Assembly (NCBI GenBank): GCA_964349865.1
Contig: CAYGIF010000001.1
Location: forward strand, 1 to 63,541
Direction of reading: 5' to 3'
Source: an uncultured Gallionella sp.
GTDB lineage: Bacteria > Pseudomonadota > Gammaproteobacteria > Burkholderiales > Gallionellaceae
DNA: 63,541 bases
Part shown: positions 10,189 through 20,478 of the stretch, piece by piece
Position numbering within the stretch: the first letter of the stretch is position 1
How the letters are laid out: the number at the start of each line of letters is the position of its first letter
The notes under the pieces: generated by a model
What the model saw: the letters and a program-made list of their open reading frames with translations, nothing else
Database searches by the model: none
What the model was told of the DNA's origin: nothing
Translations under genes and position numbers: made by a program

Positions 10189-11115
10189 TTATTTTCCGAT
10201 GGCGACGTATAAGCCATTAGCTGCCACTCCCGCCCCGGTGCTGCCCACGTAAGACCGGATGGTGGTTCCAGTTGTAGAGGGGCTATCAACCCCGAGCGTT
10301 ACGTTTGTTCCGAATTGGCAGCACGGAACCGCCCAACACGCCGTTGTGAATGCAATCGGGAAGGTTACCGCTACCGACCCACCGGCTGAGGTCACAAAAG
10401 AACCGACTTGAATGATTAAACCTGAGGGCAGTTTTTGATAACCATTCGCGGAAAGAGAGTGTGCAAACTCACCGCGAGAGTCCTGCAGTTTCGTCAATCC
10501 TGAAACTGCACTCCAAGTGTTAGAGCCATTCGATACGAGCACAACATCGGACGCGGCCGCGATCGGGAAAGAGGAAATTCCGGCAAAGCCGTCCAATAGG
10601 ATTGTGTCGGTCCCGGCGCGCTGGATGGTGTTTGTTCCGTAGGCCGATGACGTCGAAAGGCAAATCGCCGCTCCGGCAGGAACAGAATTCGCTGCCGGTA
10701 GCGTAAGGGTCAGGCCGCCACTGCCTGAGACAATAAGCTGTTTCCCCGCATCCGTGCCGGGAATAGACTCGTTTGCCGTGATTGTGCGTACACCAGATAA
10801 CTGCAACCCTTGTCGCCGCACGAACTCGGTGGTTGCCGCCTTGGTGGTGTTGTCGAATTGCGCCGGGGTCTGGAACACCCCGGCAGAGCGCAGCGCGGTG
10901 AGCAGCTGGGTCAGGTTGGTATGATCCGGCGTGATGCCCGCCGCCGTCAGGATCGCGCGCAACTCCTCGCCGAGCTGGTAAAACCAGTGCGCTCCCGGAA
11001 CCGTCGGCGGCACCGACGCCAGCGGGTCGCCATCGGTCGGGTGGCCGGAAGACGGCGAGGCGGGTGCGGCTGGCGGGTTGGCCGATGCGCCCGATTCCCA
11101 TTTTCTGTTGTCCAT
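10189..11115 (-). CDS. Tail fibre protein
   Basis: PTVPGAHWFYQLGEEL...TQLLTAL N-terminus; QFDNTTKAATTEFV; NGYQKLPSGLIIQ...VTFPIAF C-terminus. Confidence 0.85.
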   Translation of the reverse strand: MDNRKWESGASANPPAAPASPSSGHPTDGDPLASVPPTVPGAHWFYQLGEELRAILTAAGITPDHTNLTQLLTALRSAGVFQTPAQFDNTTKAATTEFVRRQGLQLSGVRTITANESIPGTDAGKQLIVSGSGGLTLTLPAANSVPAGAAICLSTSSAYGTNTIQRAGTDTILLDGFAGISSFPIAAASDVVLVSNGSNTWSAVSGLTKLQDSRGEFAHSLSANGYQKLPSGLIIQVGSFVTSAGGSVAVTFPIAFTTACWAVPCCQFGTNVTLGVDSPSTTGTTIRSYVGSTGAGVAANGLYVAIGK

Positions 11116-11129
11116 ATATATTTACCTCC

Positions 11130-11693
11130 TTAACTGTATGAAAATTGAACGACGGTGTGTGCGGGCTTAAAGCGGCCGAGCGCGCATTCCAGCAACGTAT
11201 TCCCCCACGTCGCAAGCGGCTCGTTGACGCCAGAGATCACCGATAAATAGCGCACGGTATTGAGCTGCGCATTTACCTGCCAGGTGAAACACCAGGGCCA
11301 GCCGCATAAAGGCGCATTGACTGGCGACATCACCGAATACTGATTGAATTCGGTGATAGTGATGACGAAGCCGAGCTTGGCCGCCAGCGCAATAAAAAAT
11401 GGCCGGGATTGCCCGCCGCGCTGGGTGATCTTTGCTACCACGGCGGCGCGGCGCAGCTCAATGGTCGGCAGTTGCCCGGCGCACGGATCTGGCAGGCCGA
11501 GTACGCGCTCCCAATCTGGCAGCAAATAGGAAGCACTGCGCGGATCGGCTTCAGACAGGATCAACTCGGCGGCGATCTGCGCGGCATCCAGCGCCGCCCC
11601 TTCCGCATCCAGCTCGGCGGCGAGCAGCAGCGCGTTCGGGTCGTAGGCGACGGGCGGCAGCAGGCGCTTTAACAGTTCGGCGTGCAGCATCAA
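11130..11693 (-). CDS. Baseplate/tail protein, Mu gp48/YmfQ-like
   Basis: LLPDWERVLGLPD, GGQSRPFFIALA, LECALGRFKPAHT. Confidence 0.88.
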   Translation of the reverse strand: MMLHAELLKRLLPPVAYDPNALLLAAELDAEGAALDAAQIAAELILSEADPRSASYLLPDWERVLGLPDPCAGQLPTIELRRAAVVAKITQRGGQSRPFFIALAAKLGFVITITEFNQYSVMSPVNAPLCGWPWCFTWQVNAQLNTVRYLSVISGVNEPLATWGNTLLECALGRFKPAHTVVQFSYS

Positions 11694-11700
11694 ATATCGC

Positions 11701-11750
11701 CTTTCACATTTGTCTCCTCGCCCGCCTGCGGGAGAGGATTGAGGAGAGGG
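11701..11750. repeat. REP-like palindrome CCTCGCCCGC-nn-GCGGGAGAGG...GGAGAGGG (copies at 20507, 21317, 43542)
   Basis: Four related copies in the prophage. Confidence 0.8.
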
Positions 11751-11763
11751 AATAGCGTAGCTA

Positions 11764-12819
11764 TCATGTCAGCGTCACCGTGCCGAGCGATGCAATCTCG
11801 GAGTGGGTGGCATCGGCCAGCGGCACGACGTTGGCGGCCGGGGTGGTCAGGCTCACATCCACCACGCCCTTGACGCCCATCATCAGGCTAATCAGCCTGG
11901 CGCGCGTCACCGCGTCGCCGACATGCAGCGTGGCGAAGTAGTCCGTCAGCACGCTGTTAATGCGCGTCGTGGCGGCGGCCAGCGTGGTACCGGAAAGCGT
12001 CAGCACGGCGGCGATGTTGACCACCACCAGCGTGGGTGCCATTACCAGCAGGTCGACGCACGGTGGGCGCTGGGTATCGATGTAGGCCAACACTTCTGCG
12101 ATCAGCGGAGCGCCCGGCAATCCGCCCGAAGTCTCGATCACCACGTCCACACCGTTGATCACGCGGCGCTGCGTGAACACATAGGCATCGGTCACGCCGG
12201 GCACTTCCATCGCCCACGCATAGTAATCATGCTTCGCGCCGCCCATCGGTGGCAGGCGCATATCGTACAGAACGCGCGCCAGCAGCGCGGCATCGGTCTC
12301 GATGTCGGTACCGCCGGTCATGGCGACGATGGAGGCTTGCGCCAGCACGCCCGAGGGCGCGGCGCTGAGCGTCAGCGCGGTGCTGGCTGCCTGATTGCCG
12401 GCCAACCCGGCCAGCACCGCTTGCGCGGCGATATCCACCGTGCCGCCCCCACCGATCACACCGGCTGCTGTGGTGACGAAGGCGATGCCGCTATTGTTCT
12501 TGGCCTCGGTGCCGATCGGTACCGCGCTGCCGACCGTGCCGGAGAAGCGCACCGTTCCGGTGGCGAACGATGCGGCCTTGCGCGTGATGCCGCGCAGGCT
12601 GGCGTGGCGCTCCAGGTAGTCGCTGTCTGAGGTGTCCGGGAAGACCTGGCGCACGATCCATTTCTGGTGCTCGTACAGCCCCTCGATGCTGGATGCCACC
12701 GCATTGGCGCGCACCGCAAAGTCGGAATCCTCGCCGGTGTAGGCGGCGGGCTGCTGGTTGGCGATATCGCGCAGGATATCGGCGCGGATCTGGCGGTAAT
12801 CGGGTGTGGTGTAGGGCAT
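11764..12819 (-). CDS. Baseplate J-like protein (Mu gp47)
   Basis: YLERHASLRGITRKAA, GGTDIETDAALLAR, GGAKHDYYAWAMEVPGV. Confidence 0.9.
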   Translation of the reverse strand: MPYTTPDYRQIRADILRDIANQQPAAYTGEDSDFAVRANAVASSIEGLYEHQKWIVRQVFPDTSDSDYLERHASLRGITRKAASFATGTVRFSGTVGSAVPIGTEAKNNSGIAFVTTAAGVIGGGGTVDIAAQAVLAGLAGNQAASTALTLSAAPSGVLAQASIVAMTGGTDIETDAALLARVLYDMRLPPMGGAKHDYYAWAMEVPGVTDAYVFTQRRVINGVDVVIETSGGLPGAPLIAEVLAYIDTQRPPCVDLLVMAPTLVVVNIAAVLTLSGTTLAAATTRINSVLTDYFATLHVGDAVTRARLISLMMGVKGVVDVSLTTPAANVVPLADATHSEIASLGTVTLT

Positions 12820-12823
12820 GGCG

Positions 12824-13195
12824 TTAAATAACCTGTACGGGATGCTTGAAAGTTAACGTCTCGCCGCTGGCCGCGATCACCTCGATCAGCAGATGCAGGC
12901 GGCCGTTGTGCGGCTGTTCGGTGGACACCGTGATGCGGGTGGCGCGGCCATCGGCCACAATCGGCGCGAGCGCCTGCTCGGCGTATTGCCTGGCGAGCGT
13001 GGCCACGCGCGCCAAGTCTTTCTCGCGCTGCAATTCATGCAGGCGGCTGCCGAAGCTCTTGTCCGGCCAGTAGCTGCCCAAAGGAACGGCCAGGCGCAGG
13101 TAGCAGGAATTGGCCAGCCCGCCGGCCGGGTCGCGCTGCGCCGCGCCGCTGAGCAGCACGTAATCGCGGGTAGTCGGGTTGATGAGGGTGTCCAT
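12824..13195 (-). CDS. Baseplate wedge protein (Mu gp46-like)
   Basis: GSYWPDKSFGSRLHELQREK...ARQYAEQAL. Confidence 0.88.
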   Translation of the reverse strand: MDTLINPTTRDYVLLSGAAQRDPAGGLANSCYLRLAVPLGSYWPDKSFGSRLHELQREKDLARVATLARQYAEQALAPIVADGRATRITVSTEQPHNGRLHLLIEVIAASGETLTFKHPVQVI

Positions 13196-13752
13196 TACAT
13201 CCCTGCCGAAGGTACGCCCACGCTGCCGCCCTGCGGGTCGCTGTGCGTGTGGCTGTTGTAGGTGGCGCGCATGCCCAGCATGCTCTTGTTGTTATGGTCG
13301 CTGATGTCGCCCTGCGCGACGATGTTGCCCGCCACGTTGAGGTTGCCGCTCATGTTCACCGTGGGCGTGGTGATGTCCACCGCAAGGCTGGAAACCACCT
13401 GCATGCTGCGGTCGGCCTTGAGCGCCACGTAGTCGCCCCACTGGTTGTAAATCGCAGTCTCGCCGCTGGCCAGATTCTTCAGGCGATAGGTGCTGTGCTC
13501 GGTGGCGATGATGATGCCGTGCGCGGTCTTGCCGCCGATCGGCAGCACGATCGCCATCGTCCCGGCCGGAGGGTTGCTGGTGTAGCCGAACTGCTGGAAC
13601 AGCTCGTTATTCTGCAACTGTTCGCCGGACACACCATCGAGCTGCACGAACTGCACCGCGCCAGCGGCCTTGACCAGCGTGATCACGCCACGGAAGGCGA
13701 GGCGGATACCGGAAAGGTGGCGGCGGATGCGCTGGTCGATTTGCTTGATCAT
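13195..13752 (-). CDS. Baseplate spike (Mu gp45)
   Basis: QQFGYTSNPP, GETAIYNQWG, C-terminal YNSHTH metal-binding motif. Confidence 0.9.
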   Translation of the reverse strand: MIKQIDQRIRRHLSGIRLAFRGVITLVKAAGAVQFVQLDGVSGEQLQNNELFQQFGYTSNPPAGTMAIVLPIGGKTAHGIIIATEHSTYRLKNLASGETAIYNQWGDYVALKADRSMQVVSSLAVDITTPTVNMSGNLNVAGNIVAQGDISDHNNKSMLGMRATYNSHTHSDPQGGSVGVPSAGM

Positions 13753-14858
13753 TACGCGCCCCCGCTTACGTCGATGATCTTGCCCGGCAGGCTATTTTTG
13801 CCGCGCCGGTGTTTATTCTTGTGCGGGTGCGCGTCCGTCACCCACATGCCATCTTCCTTGAGCGTCAGCGCGGTACGCGTGCCGTCCATACGGCTGCGGA
13901 CGAACTTGCGCGCCATCAGGAAATAGATCGCGTCCAGGTTGTGCGGCTCGGAGATCACGCGGATGCGCTGGCCGGGCTTCCACAGCAGGCCGTCAGCCGC
14001 AATGCGGTGCCCCTGGACTACGGCGGACAGGGTCAAGCCGTTCAGGCGGCTGTCGGAGATCAGCTTGTGTGCGCGATCGACGCACACTGCGGTGCTGTCC
14101 GCTTCGTGATCCGTCACGATCTTGGGGCGGTACCAGCTCACACCATCATCTTTCCAACTACCGCGCAGCGCGTGCTTACCCTGTTCCAGGTCGGTGCCGT
14201 GCGTTTGCCCGAGCACAGTCACCTCGGAATAACGGCCGTGTACCGATTCCTGCTTGGCCAGGCTGATCACGTTATTGCCCTTGCCTGACTTGCGTAGGAC
14301 CAGCGTGGCCACCACCGGCGTGGTGTAGTCCGGCCCGCCGACCACCAGCGTGCCGTCCGGATCGAACCACGGCCACAGCCCGTTCGCCTCGGCGGCATGC
14401 GCCAGTGTGTCCCATGCGCTATCGCCCGGCTCGACGTTAATCTTCTCGCGAGTACGGGTCGCGTCGGCATCGATGCGGATTTTTGTGATACCCAGCGCGC
14501 GCACGATCTTGGCAACAATCTCATTGAGGGTCGCCATCCTGGCCACGAATACCGGAGCCGAGCAGTCCACCAGCACGGATGCCTGATCGCGGCCCGACAT
14601 CGTAAACGTGTGCGAGGTCTTGCTGACCTGGTGGCTGATCTCATCCACCCGCCCGGTCATCACGGTCTCGCCGCCGATCTTCACCACCACCGGCGCGCCT
14701 GCCGCCACATCCGGCGGCATCTTGCCGTCCGTCATGCCGAGCATGACATGCCAGGCATCGGCAGGCGTGAGCAGGTCGGAGTCGATCTCGTAGCTCGACC
14801 AGTCGCCGTGCACCTTGCCCGCGATCAGCAGCTCGACGTTATCAGAGGGCGTAGGCAT
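13752..14858 (-). CDS. Baseplate hub/tail protein P (Mu gp44)
   Basis: WSSYEIDSDLLTPADAW, SGRD..LVDCSAP, LWKPGQRI. Confidence 0.88.
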   Translation of the reverse strand: MPTPSDNVELLIAGKVHGDWSSYEIDSDLLTPADAWHVMLGMTDGKMPPDVAAGAPVVVKIGGETVMTGRVDEISHQVSKTSHTFTMSGRDQASVLVDCSAPVFVARMATLNEIVAKIVRALGITKIRIDADATRTREKINVEPGDSAWDTLAHAAEANGLWPWFDPDGTLVVGGPDYTTPVVATLVLRKSGKGNNVISLAKQESVHGRYSEVTVLGQTHGTDLEQGKHALRGSWKDDGVSWYRPKIVTDHEADSTAVCVDRAHKLISDSRLNGLTLSAVVQGHRIAADGLLWKPGQRIRVISEPHNLDAIYFLMARKFVRSRMDGTRTALTLKEDGMWVTDAHPHKNKHRRGKNSLPGKIIDVSGGA

Positions 14859-16131
14859 TGACGCGATCTCCGGCATTAACGAACGGGCTGCGCGCGCCGT
14901 TCAGGCGATACAGCTCCGGCGCGCGGGTATGGTCGGCATACCACAGGTGCGCCGCCAGGCGCAGATTCCCCGGTGCCTCAACCGCGCGCAGAATAAGCGG
15001 CGGACGCGCCTCGATGATCGAGCGCGCCGCATCCTGAACCGCCAACCCTTGGTCTTTCAGCTGTTCTGTAATCGTCCGGCTTTGTTCGATGCCGTAGATC
15101 GCGCGCACCTGTTCGATGGCGACATTAAGGGTGCCGCGCGCCTTGTTGCAGATCGCCTCGATCTCGACCGGCGAGAGCGTCGGCGTAGCGGCCTCGCTGA
15201 CCAGCACAAAACTGGCGGCATCCGCCAGCCCGACCGACGTATTGACTTGGATGGTGGCCGCGACGGCAGCGATCGCCTGCGCCTCAGTCGGCTCGGCACC
15301 GGAGGTGACCGGCGCGGGGGCGGTAGCGGGCGGCGCGCTGAATTCGGAGAAGGCGGCGAGATCGTTCTGCACGCCAACCCAATCGGCGCTGACGGACGGC
15401 GTGCTGACAACAGAAGATGAATTAAGGTCGCTCTGGATGCTTGCCCAGTCGGCGGTGAGGCTGCTGCCGAAATCGCGCACATTAAGGATACCGTCCACCA
15501 GCGCCGAAATATCGTTTCCCCACGCGCGCGGGTAAGCCAGCACATCAAGGCCGGACAGCACCACGCCGGTTTGAGCAGAGATCGCCAGCAGCGGCGCGGT
15601 CAACGTGTCGCGCAGCGTATCCAGCCCGGACAAAGGATTGGCGGCACGCAGGCGCTCTATGAGCGACGCAGCAGCCGCCGAAGCAGAAGCAGTTGCAGCA
15701 GCACCATGCTGCGCGACGGCATCAGCCTTTTGCGACGGCAGACTGCGGTCGAAGAACGGGTTGCCCGGCGTGGATTCAATGAACTCGACAGGAACAGAAG
15801 CGTAATCCGGGGACTCGGCATCATGGTGAACGGATGAACGTGCGGCCTGGGCGTTTTTGATAGAGCCAAAAACAGGATGAATGAATTCGCCCGCGCCGGG
15901 CTGATCCAGCACGGCAAGGAACGCCTGCAAGCGCGTCTCGTAATCATCGCCATAGAACACCGCCTCAACGCTGATATGGCGCGCGCCGCGCCCCATGTCC
16001 TCAATGTCGGAGCCATCCACGTAAGGGTAGGAATGTTCGGCGATGGCTCGTTCCGAGCTGTCGTCTGTTTTAACGACCTCGAAAACGATCCCTTTGAAGG
16101 ATGCATCCAGTAATGTTTGTGCCCAAGCCAT
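14842..16131 (-). CDS. DNA circularization protein (Mu gpN)
   Basis: LLDASFKGIVF...AEHSYPYVDGSDIEDMGR...GEFIHPVFG; LAAHLWYADHTRAPEL. Confidence 0.9.
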   Translation of the reverse strand: MAWAQTLLDASFKGIVFEVVKTDDSSERAIAEHSYPYVDGSDIEDMGRGARHISVEAVFYGDDYETRLQAFLAVLDQPGAGEFIHPVFGSIKNAQAARSSVHHDAESPDYASVPVEFIESTPGNPFFDRSLPSQKADAVAQHGAAATASASAAAASLIERLRAANPLSGLDTLRDTLTAPLLAISAQTGVVLSGLDVLAYPRAWGNDISALVDGILNVRDFGSSLTADWASIQSDLNSSSVVSTPSVSADWVGVQNDLAAFSEFSAPPATAPAPVTSGAEPTEAQAIAAVAATIQVNTSVGLADAASFVLVSEAATPTLSPVEIEAICNKARGTLNVAIEQVRAIYGIEQSRTITEQLKDQGLAVQDAARSIIEARPPLILRAVEAPGNLRLAAHLWYADHTRAPELYRLNGARSPFVNAGDRVNAYAL

Positions 16132-16182
16132 GTGCGCAGGTTACGCGCGCGCGAAAGAGCAGTTAAGGCGGAACGAGTTCCG
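16132..16182 (-). promoter_or_regulatory. Activator-dependent late promoter (copy 1)
   Basis: CGGAACTCGTTCCG-CCTTAAC-18 nt-TAACCT-6 nt-ATG. Confidence 0.8.
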
Positions 16183-16184
16183 GG

Positions 16185-18116
16185 TTAGTTGCGGGCCGCC
16201 GTACTGGCATTGCGGCGGTTGACCACGGTGGCGATCTGCTCGCCGTCCAGGTGCAGGGTTACTTCGATGGCACGCTTGGCTTCCGCGTTTCCGAATGCGG
16301 ACATAATGGTCGCGATCATCCCGCCGATATTGTCGCCGAACTCGGTTCCTTTGATCGCGCCCTGGTACGCAAGCGTACCGGCACCATAGCCCGCCGCCGT
16401 TGCAGCGGCTAACGGTACGGCAGCCGTCCCTGCCACCACACCAGCGAGTGCGCCACCGGCGCGCGTAGCCAAAGCACCCGCACCGGAAATAAGGCCACGC
16501 CCCTTGGCCAGCAGCCCGGTCAACCCGGCACCCTTGCCGCCCGTCAGTACGGATATCCCGGCCATGCCCAGGGCAGCGGCAGCCAGTGCGGTCAGCGCGG
16601 TCGTGGCCGCGACGGTGGCGGAAGTGAGCAGCGGGTATTCCTTGGCGATCGATGAAAAACCCTCTGCAACAGATCCGACTAACGGCGTTAATTTCTCGAA
16701 CGCGTTTTGCGTGGCGAAGGTCTTCTCGTTGGCGGCTTGTTCCACCTTGAATCCGGCCTCTTCTGCGATCACGGCATAGTTCTTTTCAGCCGCGCCAGCA
16801 CCGCCCAGCGTCTTCTTTTGCACGTCGGCCATATAGCCCCGGTTGCCCATGATGCCGACCAGCGCCATCAGTGCCTGGCGATCCTGTACCAGCTGCCCGA
16901 TGGCGGAGCCTTGCAGGATGTCTGCCTGAGATTCCAGCACCGTGCGCCGCTCAGCGCCGGTGGACGTTTTCAGCTTGGCCTGCAACGCTTGGTAGTCTTT
17001 ATTCTTGCCTACCACGCTATCCACCACACCGACGAACGCATCCAGCGAATCCATGCCCTTGCCGCGCGCGGCGGACAGTGTGCCGGACAGGTTGATACCA
17101 AGACGCTTTGCGTCCATCGCTGTGTCGCGGCTATTGATCTTGGCCAGCAGGTTGACCAGGTTATTCCCTGCCTCATCCTTGGTGCCCGCAGTGATCGCCG
17201 ACGCCTGGTTGGCCGCCAGCAGTTTGGCCATACCAGGAATACCGGATATGCCGGACAGCTTGGCCGCCGCCATCTGTTGCGGCAACCATTTGGCCATGTC
17301 CTTCAGTTCGAAGCCGCCCGCTTGGCCGGCGGTGATGGCCATGTCGATCACCTTGCCCATCTCGCTCGGCTTGATGCCCATCGTCTGCATGCCGCGTATG
17401 CCGATCTGTGCGAGCTGGCTGGGGTCTGCGCCGGAAGCCGTCGCCGCCTTGGTCAAGGTCGGCAGCATCCCCATCGCATCCTTGCCGGACATCGCGCCGG
17501 AAGCGATCAGCGTGTCCAGCGTTTCAGCGGCACTCTCGCGCGTGCCACCGCCGACGCGCACGGCGTTGACGATGGATGCATTCAGCTCGCGCTTGCCCGC
17601 GATACGCCCGATGGTGTCGCGCTGGTTGAAGGCGGTATTCGACATCTGAGCCAGGCGCATGCCGTAGTCCATCGTCTGGCCGACCGGCTTGGACAGCACA
17701 TAGCCGCCAGCCGCAATCCCGCCCGCAACCGCCGCGCCGGTCTTCAACCCGCTCATGGCCTTTTGGCCGAGCGTGTACTTGCCCATCTCGTTGTTCAGCT
17801 CGCGGATGCGGGTGCGCGTCGCATCGGCTGCGCGCGCCTGTTCGCGCATGGACAGCGTGCCGGATTTTTGCAGGCGATTGTAGGCGGCTTCGGTGCGCTG
17901 GATCTCGCGCTGGATGTTCTGCTCGGTGCGGATGCCGAGCACCCCGGCGGCGGAGCGCGTCTTGCCGAGATTGGAGATCGTGCGAGTCAGTGTGTCGGTG
18001 GCTTTGCTGGTGTTGGCGATGCCGTCCTGGAAGACGCGCTGCGCGCGCGTGAACCCGCTCGATGCGAGATCGCGCAGGCGCATCACCAGGGAGAGTTCGA
18101 GATTTTTTCCGCTCAT
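16185..18116 (-). CDS. Tail tape measure protein
   Basis: 643 aa, Ala/Gly-rich helical; AGQAGGFELKDMAKWLP; lies between chaperone and gpN. Confidence 0.9.
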   Translation of the reverse strand: MSGKNLELSLVMRLRDLASSGFTRAQRVFQDGIANTSKATDTLTRTISNLGKTRSAAGVLGIRTEQNIQREIQRTEAAYNRLQKSGTLSMREQARAADATRTRIRELNNEMGKYTLGQKAMSGLKTGAAVAGGIAAGGYVLSKPVGQTMDYGMRLAQMSNTAFNQRDTIGRIAGKRELNASIVNAVRVGGGTRESAAETLDTLIASGAMSGKDAMGMLPTLTKAATASGADPSQLAQIGIRGMQTMGIKPSEMGKVIDMAITAGQAGGFELKDMAKWLPQQMAAAKLSGISGIPGMAKLLAANQASAITAGTKDEAGNNLVNLLAKINSRDTAMDAKRLGINLSGTLSAARGKGMDSLDAFVGVVDSVVGKNKDYQALQAKLKTSTGAERRTVLESQADILQGSAIGQLVQDRQALMALVGIMGNRGYMADVQKKTLGGAGAAEKNYAVIAEEAGFKVEQAANEKTFATQNAFEKLTPLVGSVAEGFSSIAKEYPLLTSATVAATTALTALAAAALGMAGISVLTGGKGAGLTGLLAKGRGLISGAGALATRAGGALAGVVAGTAAVPLAAATAAGYGAGTLAYQGAIKGTEFGDNIGGMIATIMSAFGNAEAKRAIEVTLHLDGEQIATVVNRRNASTAARN

Positions 18117-18600
18117 GTTTTTTTACTCGTTCTATGACCCTTGAATCTGCTGGTCTTGCCTTGCGGCTTGGCCCCGGACAGTTGTGCGATCACAGACAGA
18201 TGCGATTCGATCTCCGCCTCGGACATATCCAACACCCGGTGCGGATCGAATCCGGCGCGGGCGAGCAGCGCCTGCGCCCGGCGGACGGTGGTTAGCTGCT
18301 GCTCAGCGCATCGAGCTTTTTTTCGACTTCATCCGCCGCCAGTTCAAGCGTGACGGCATCGCGGTCGTACATGCCCATCAGCAGTTCGACGGTGACTTGT
18401 TCTTGCGGCAAGCCATCGATGCTGACGCGCTGCGCCATCGTGGCATAGCGCAAAGTATTGGGAGCCGCATCGCCTCCCACCGCTTCGACCGCTGCGCAGG
18501 AATCGCGCAGGGTCGCCGGGCGGATGGAAAAATCCTTGTAAGCCTTGCCGTCCACCGTGATGCCGATCGGCAGCCTGCCTTTAACCGTCAGTGCGCTCAT
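18113..18600 (-). CDS. Tail assembly chaperone (18292..18600) with -1 frameshift extension to 18113
   Basis: A AAA AAG slippery site at 18316..18322; -1 frame stays open to a TGA overlapping the tape-measure ATG. Confidence 0.8.
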
Positions 18601-18603
18601 CGC

Positions 18604-18969
18604 TTACACCTTGTTCAAGCAATACAGGCTGACGTCGCGCACCATCTCGCCTTCGAGCTGGTAGCGCGAGCCGACGCTGCTCACATTGGAATCCATGAAG
18701 GTGGTGCGCTTGGTCGGATTGCCGACCGGGTAGATCACGATCTGCGCGTCCTTCATTTTTTCCCACTCGTATTCGCCGGTGGCCGGTGCGGGCGCGGTGA
18801 TCTTCATGTCGAACATCTTGATGCCGGTCACGCTGCCCTTGGCGCGGCCTGTCCGGTTCATCGTTTTAACAGGCTTGCGCCCGGTGTTAACGGTATCGTC
18901 GAAGGAAATGCAATCGACTTCCTTGCCGTTGATCTCTACCACTATCTCGCCATCGTATTCAATTGACAT
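18604..18969 (-). CDS. Tail tube protein
   Basis: MSIEYDGEIVVEINGKE...TGRKPVKTMNRTGRAKG; follows the sheath; SD AGGAG. Confidence 0.82.
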   Translation of the reverse strand: MSIEYDGEIVVEINGKEVDCISFDDTVNTGRKPVKTMNRTGRAKGSVTGIKMFDMKITAPAPATGEYEWEKMKDAQIVIYPVGNPTKRTTFMDSNVSSVGSRYQLEGEMVRDVSLYCLNKV

Positions 18970-18982
18970 GTTGTTTTCTCCT

Positions 18983-19049
18983 GTGGGGGCGTATGGCAAT
19001 ACGCCCTATTCCTCAATTATCCAGAAGGGCGTATGCCATACGCCCCTAC
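18983..19049. repeat. GTAG-type REP doublet (REPIN-like)
   Basis: GTGGGGGCGTATGGCAATACGCCC ... GGGCGTATGCCATACGCCCCTAC, inverted pair. Confidence 0.8.
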
Positions 19050-19057
19050 ACGTGTTT

Positions 19058-20476
19058 TTACAGCAACAGGTCGATGCGGCCGGCGAACACGTGCAGGCCG
19101 TTCACCACGTCGGTCGGTATCTTCGCGTTGAGGCGGTTCGGGTCTTGCGAGTCGCGCTCGACGATCAGGCCGTCCTTGTTGGCATCCACCTGCTCGACGA
19201 TCTCCAGCTCTTCCAGCTTGTAGAGCACATCGAGCAGTTGATCCCTGACCTTGGGCGCGGTGCGCTCGGAGAGCTTCTCGCGCGGGAAGCGCAGGCTGAT
19301 GCGCTCGCGGCACGCCTTGCGCACATAGTCGAGCGTGCGGATCGTGGTGAGGTCGAGCTGGCTGATGTCCGGGATGCTTTGCGCATCGAGCGTGTAGGTG
19401 GTGATCGCGCGCACGATCTGCACCTTCTCGCCGGGGCCGACTTCGAGCGGGGTCACGCCGTTGTTCAGCGCGTTTTCCTGTTCGGTGCGGCTCAAACGGT
19501 CGGCCAGCACCGGGGCGGTGATGCCGGTCAATGGCAGCAGGTTGAGCGGACGTGCCGGATCTTCCTCGCTGGCCACCACCGCGCCGTAAGCCGCCGCCAG
19601 TTCGCAGGGCTGTTCCGGCACCTTGAAGTTCGGTGCGGAGATCCGCCCGGCGTTGATCGTACCCGCCAGCGTGGTGGAGGCGGCCAGCGTGCCGGTGTGG
19701 GCGTAGACGCCAATCGCGCCGCGCTGTTCCAGCGGGCCGCTCACGCTATCCAGGTGCGTGCGCAATGCGGTCAGGTTGGTGGCATCGTTCCACGCGGTGA
19801 TGATGATGTTGTGCCCGGCGGCGAACACGGCGGCCAAGGCGGTGGCGACGGTCGGGTCGGTCGCGCCGGATGCCATTGCCACCACGACGGCGGTGGTGCC
19901 GGCAGCGGTGGTGACCGCTTCGATCTTGATGTTGTTGCCCTGCACACCCTTGTTCTTGGCGGTAAGCGTCACCACGCCGATACTGGCGGCAGCCGTCACC
20001 GGCAGGTCGGGTTGCTTGGCGATCTGCGCGGCCAGCGCGGCGGCGATCACCGTGGCGGTATCGGCATTCGTGATGGCGATCTCCACCAGCTTACCGGCCA
20101 CCTTGACGGTAAGCACACCCGCCTTGGTCGCCGGGCCGGTCAGCGTGACCGTGCCGGTGGCGGCAACGCCCGCGCCCGCATCGTCCATCGCAATCGCTTC
20201 CAGCGCCAGGTACGGGTTGGCCTTGATCGCCGCGCGGCACATCAGGTGCAGCTGCGAGCCGTTGCCGAAAAAGGTCGCGGCTTCCGCATCCGAGAACACG
20301 TTCGTCACGACACCGGCGGCGACGGTACCGGCCGTTAAACGCTGGCCGACAATTAACGTGCGCTGCAAGTTGCCCGGCAGCGTGCGCACCGCCAGCTTGG
20401 TGTTGAACTCAAAATATTTGCCCGGCTTACGGATACTGGACGGGATGCTGTCAAAGCTGATGTTTGGGCTGGCCAC
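19058..20476 (-). CDS. Tail sheath protein (Mu gpL)
   Basis: IPSSIRKPGKYFEFN, EEDPARPLN, LNNGVTPL, DVVNGLHVFA. Confidence 0.95.
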   Translation of the reverse strand: MASPNISFDSIPSSIRKPGKYFEFNTKLAVRTLPGNLQRTLIVGQRLTAGTVAAGVVTNVFSDAEAATFFGNGSQLHLMCRAAIKANPYLALEAIAMDDAGAGVAATGTVTLTGPATKAGVLTVKVAGKLVEIAITNADTATVIAAALAAQIAKQPDLPVTAAASIGVVTLTAKNKGVQGNNIKIEAVTTAAGTTAVVVAMASGATDPTVATALAAVFAAGHNIIITAWNDATNLTALRTHLDSVSGPLEQRGAIGVYAHTGTLAASTTLAGTINAGRISAPNFKVPEQPCELAAAYGAVVASEEDPARPLNLLPLTGITAPVLADRLSRTEQENALNNGVTPLEVGPGEKVQIVRAITTYTLDAQSIPDISQLDLTTIRTLDYVRKACRERISLRFPREKLSERTAPKVRDQLLDVLYKLEELEIVEQVDANKDGLIVERDSQDPNRLNAKIPTDVVNGLHVFAGRIDLLL

Positions 20477-20478
20477 GG

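Noticed and set aside
9505..11115. Invertible G-segment or diversity-generating retroelement at the tail fibre
   Set aside because: No invertase, second fibre tip, reverse transcriptase or adenine-variant repeat pair seen.
15340..15465. Internal ADW..Q.DL duplication in gpN
   Set aside because: Short in-frame tandem duplication in a variable linker; no evidence of function.
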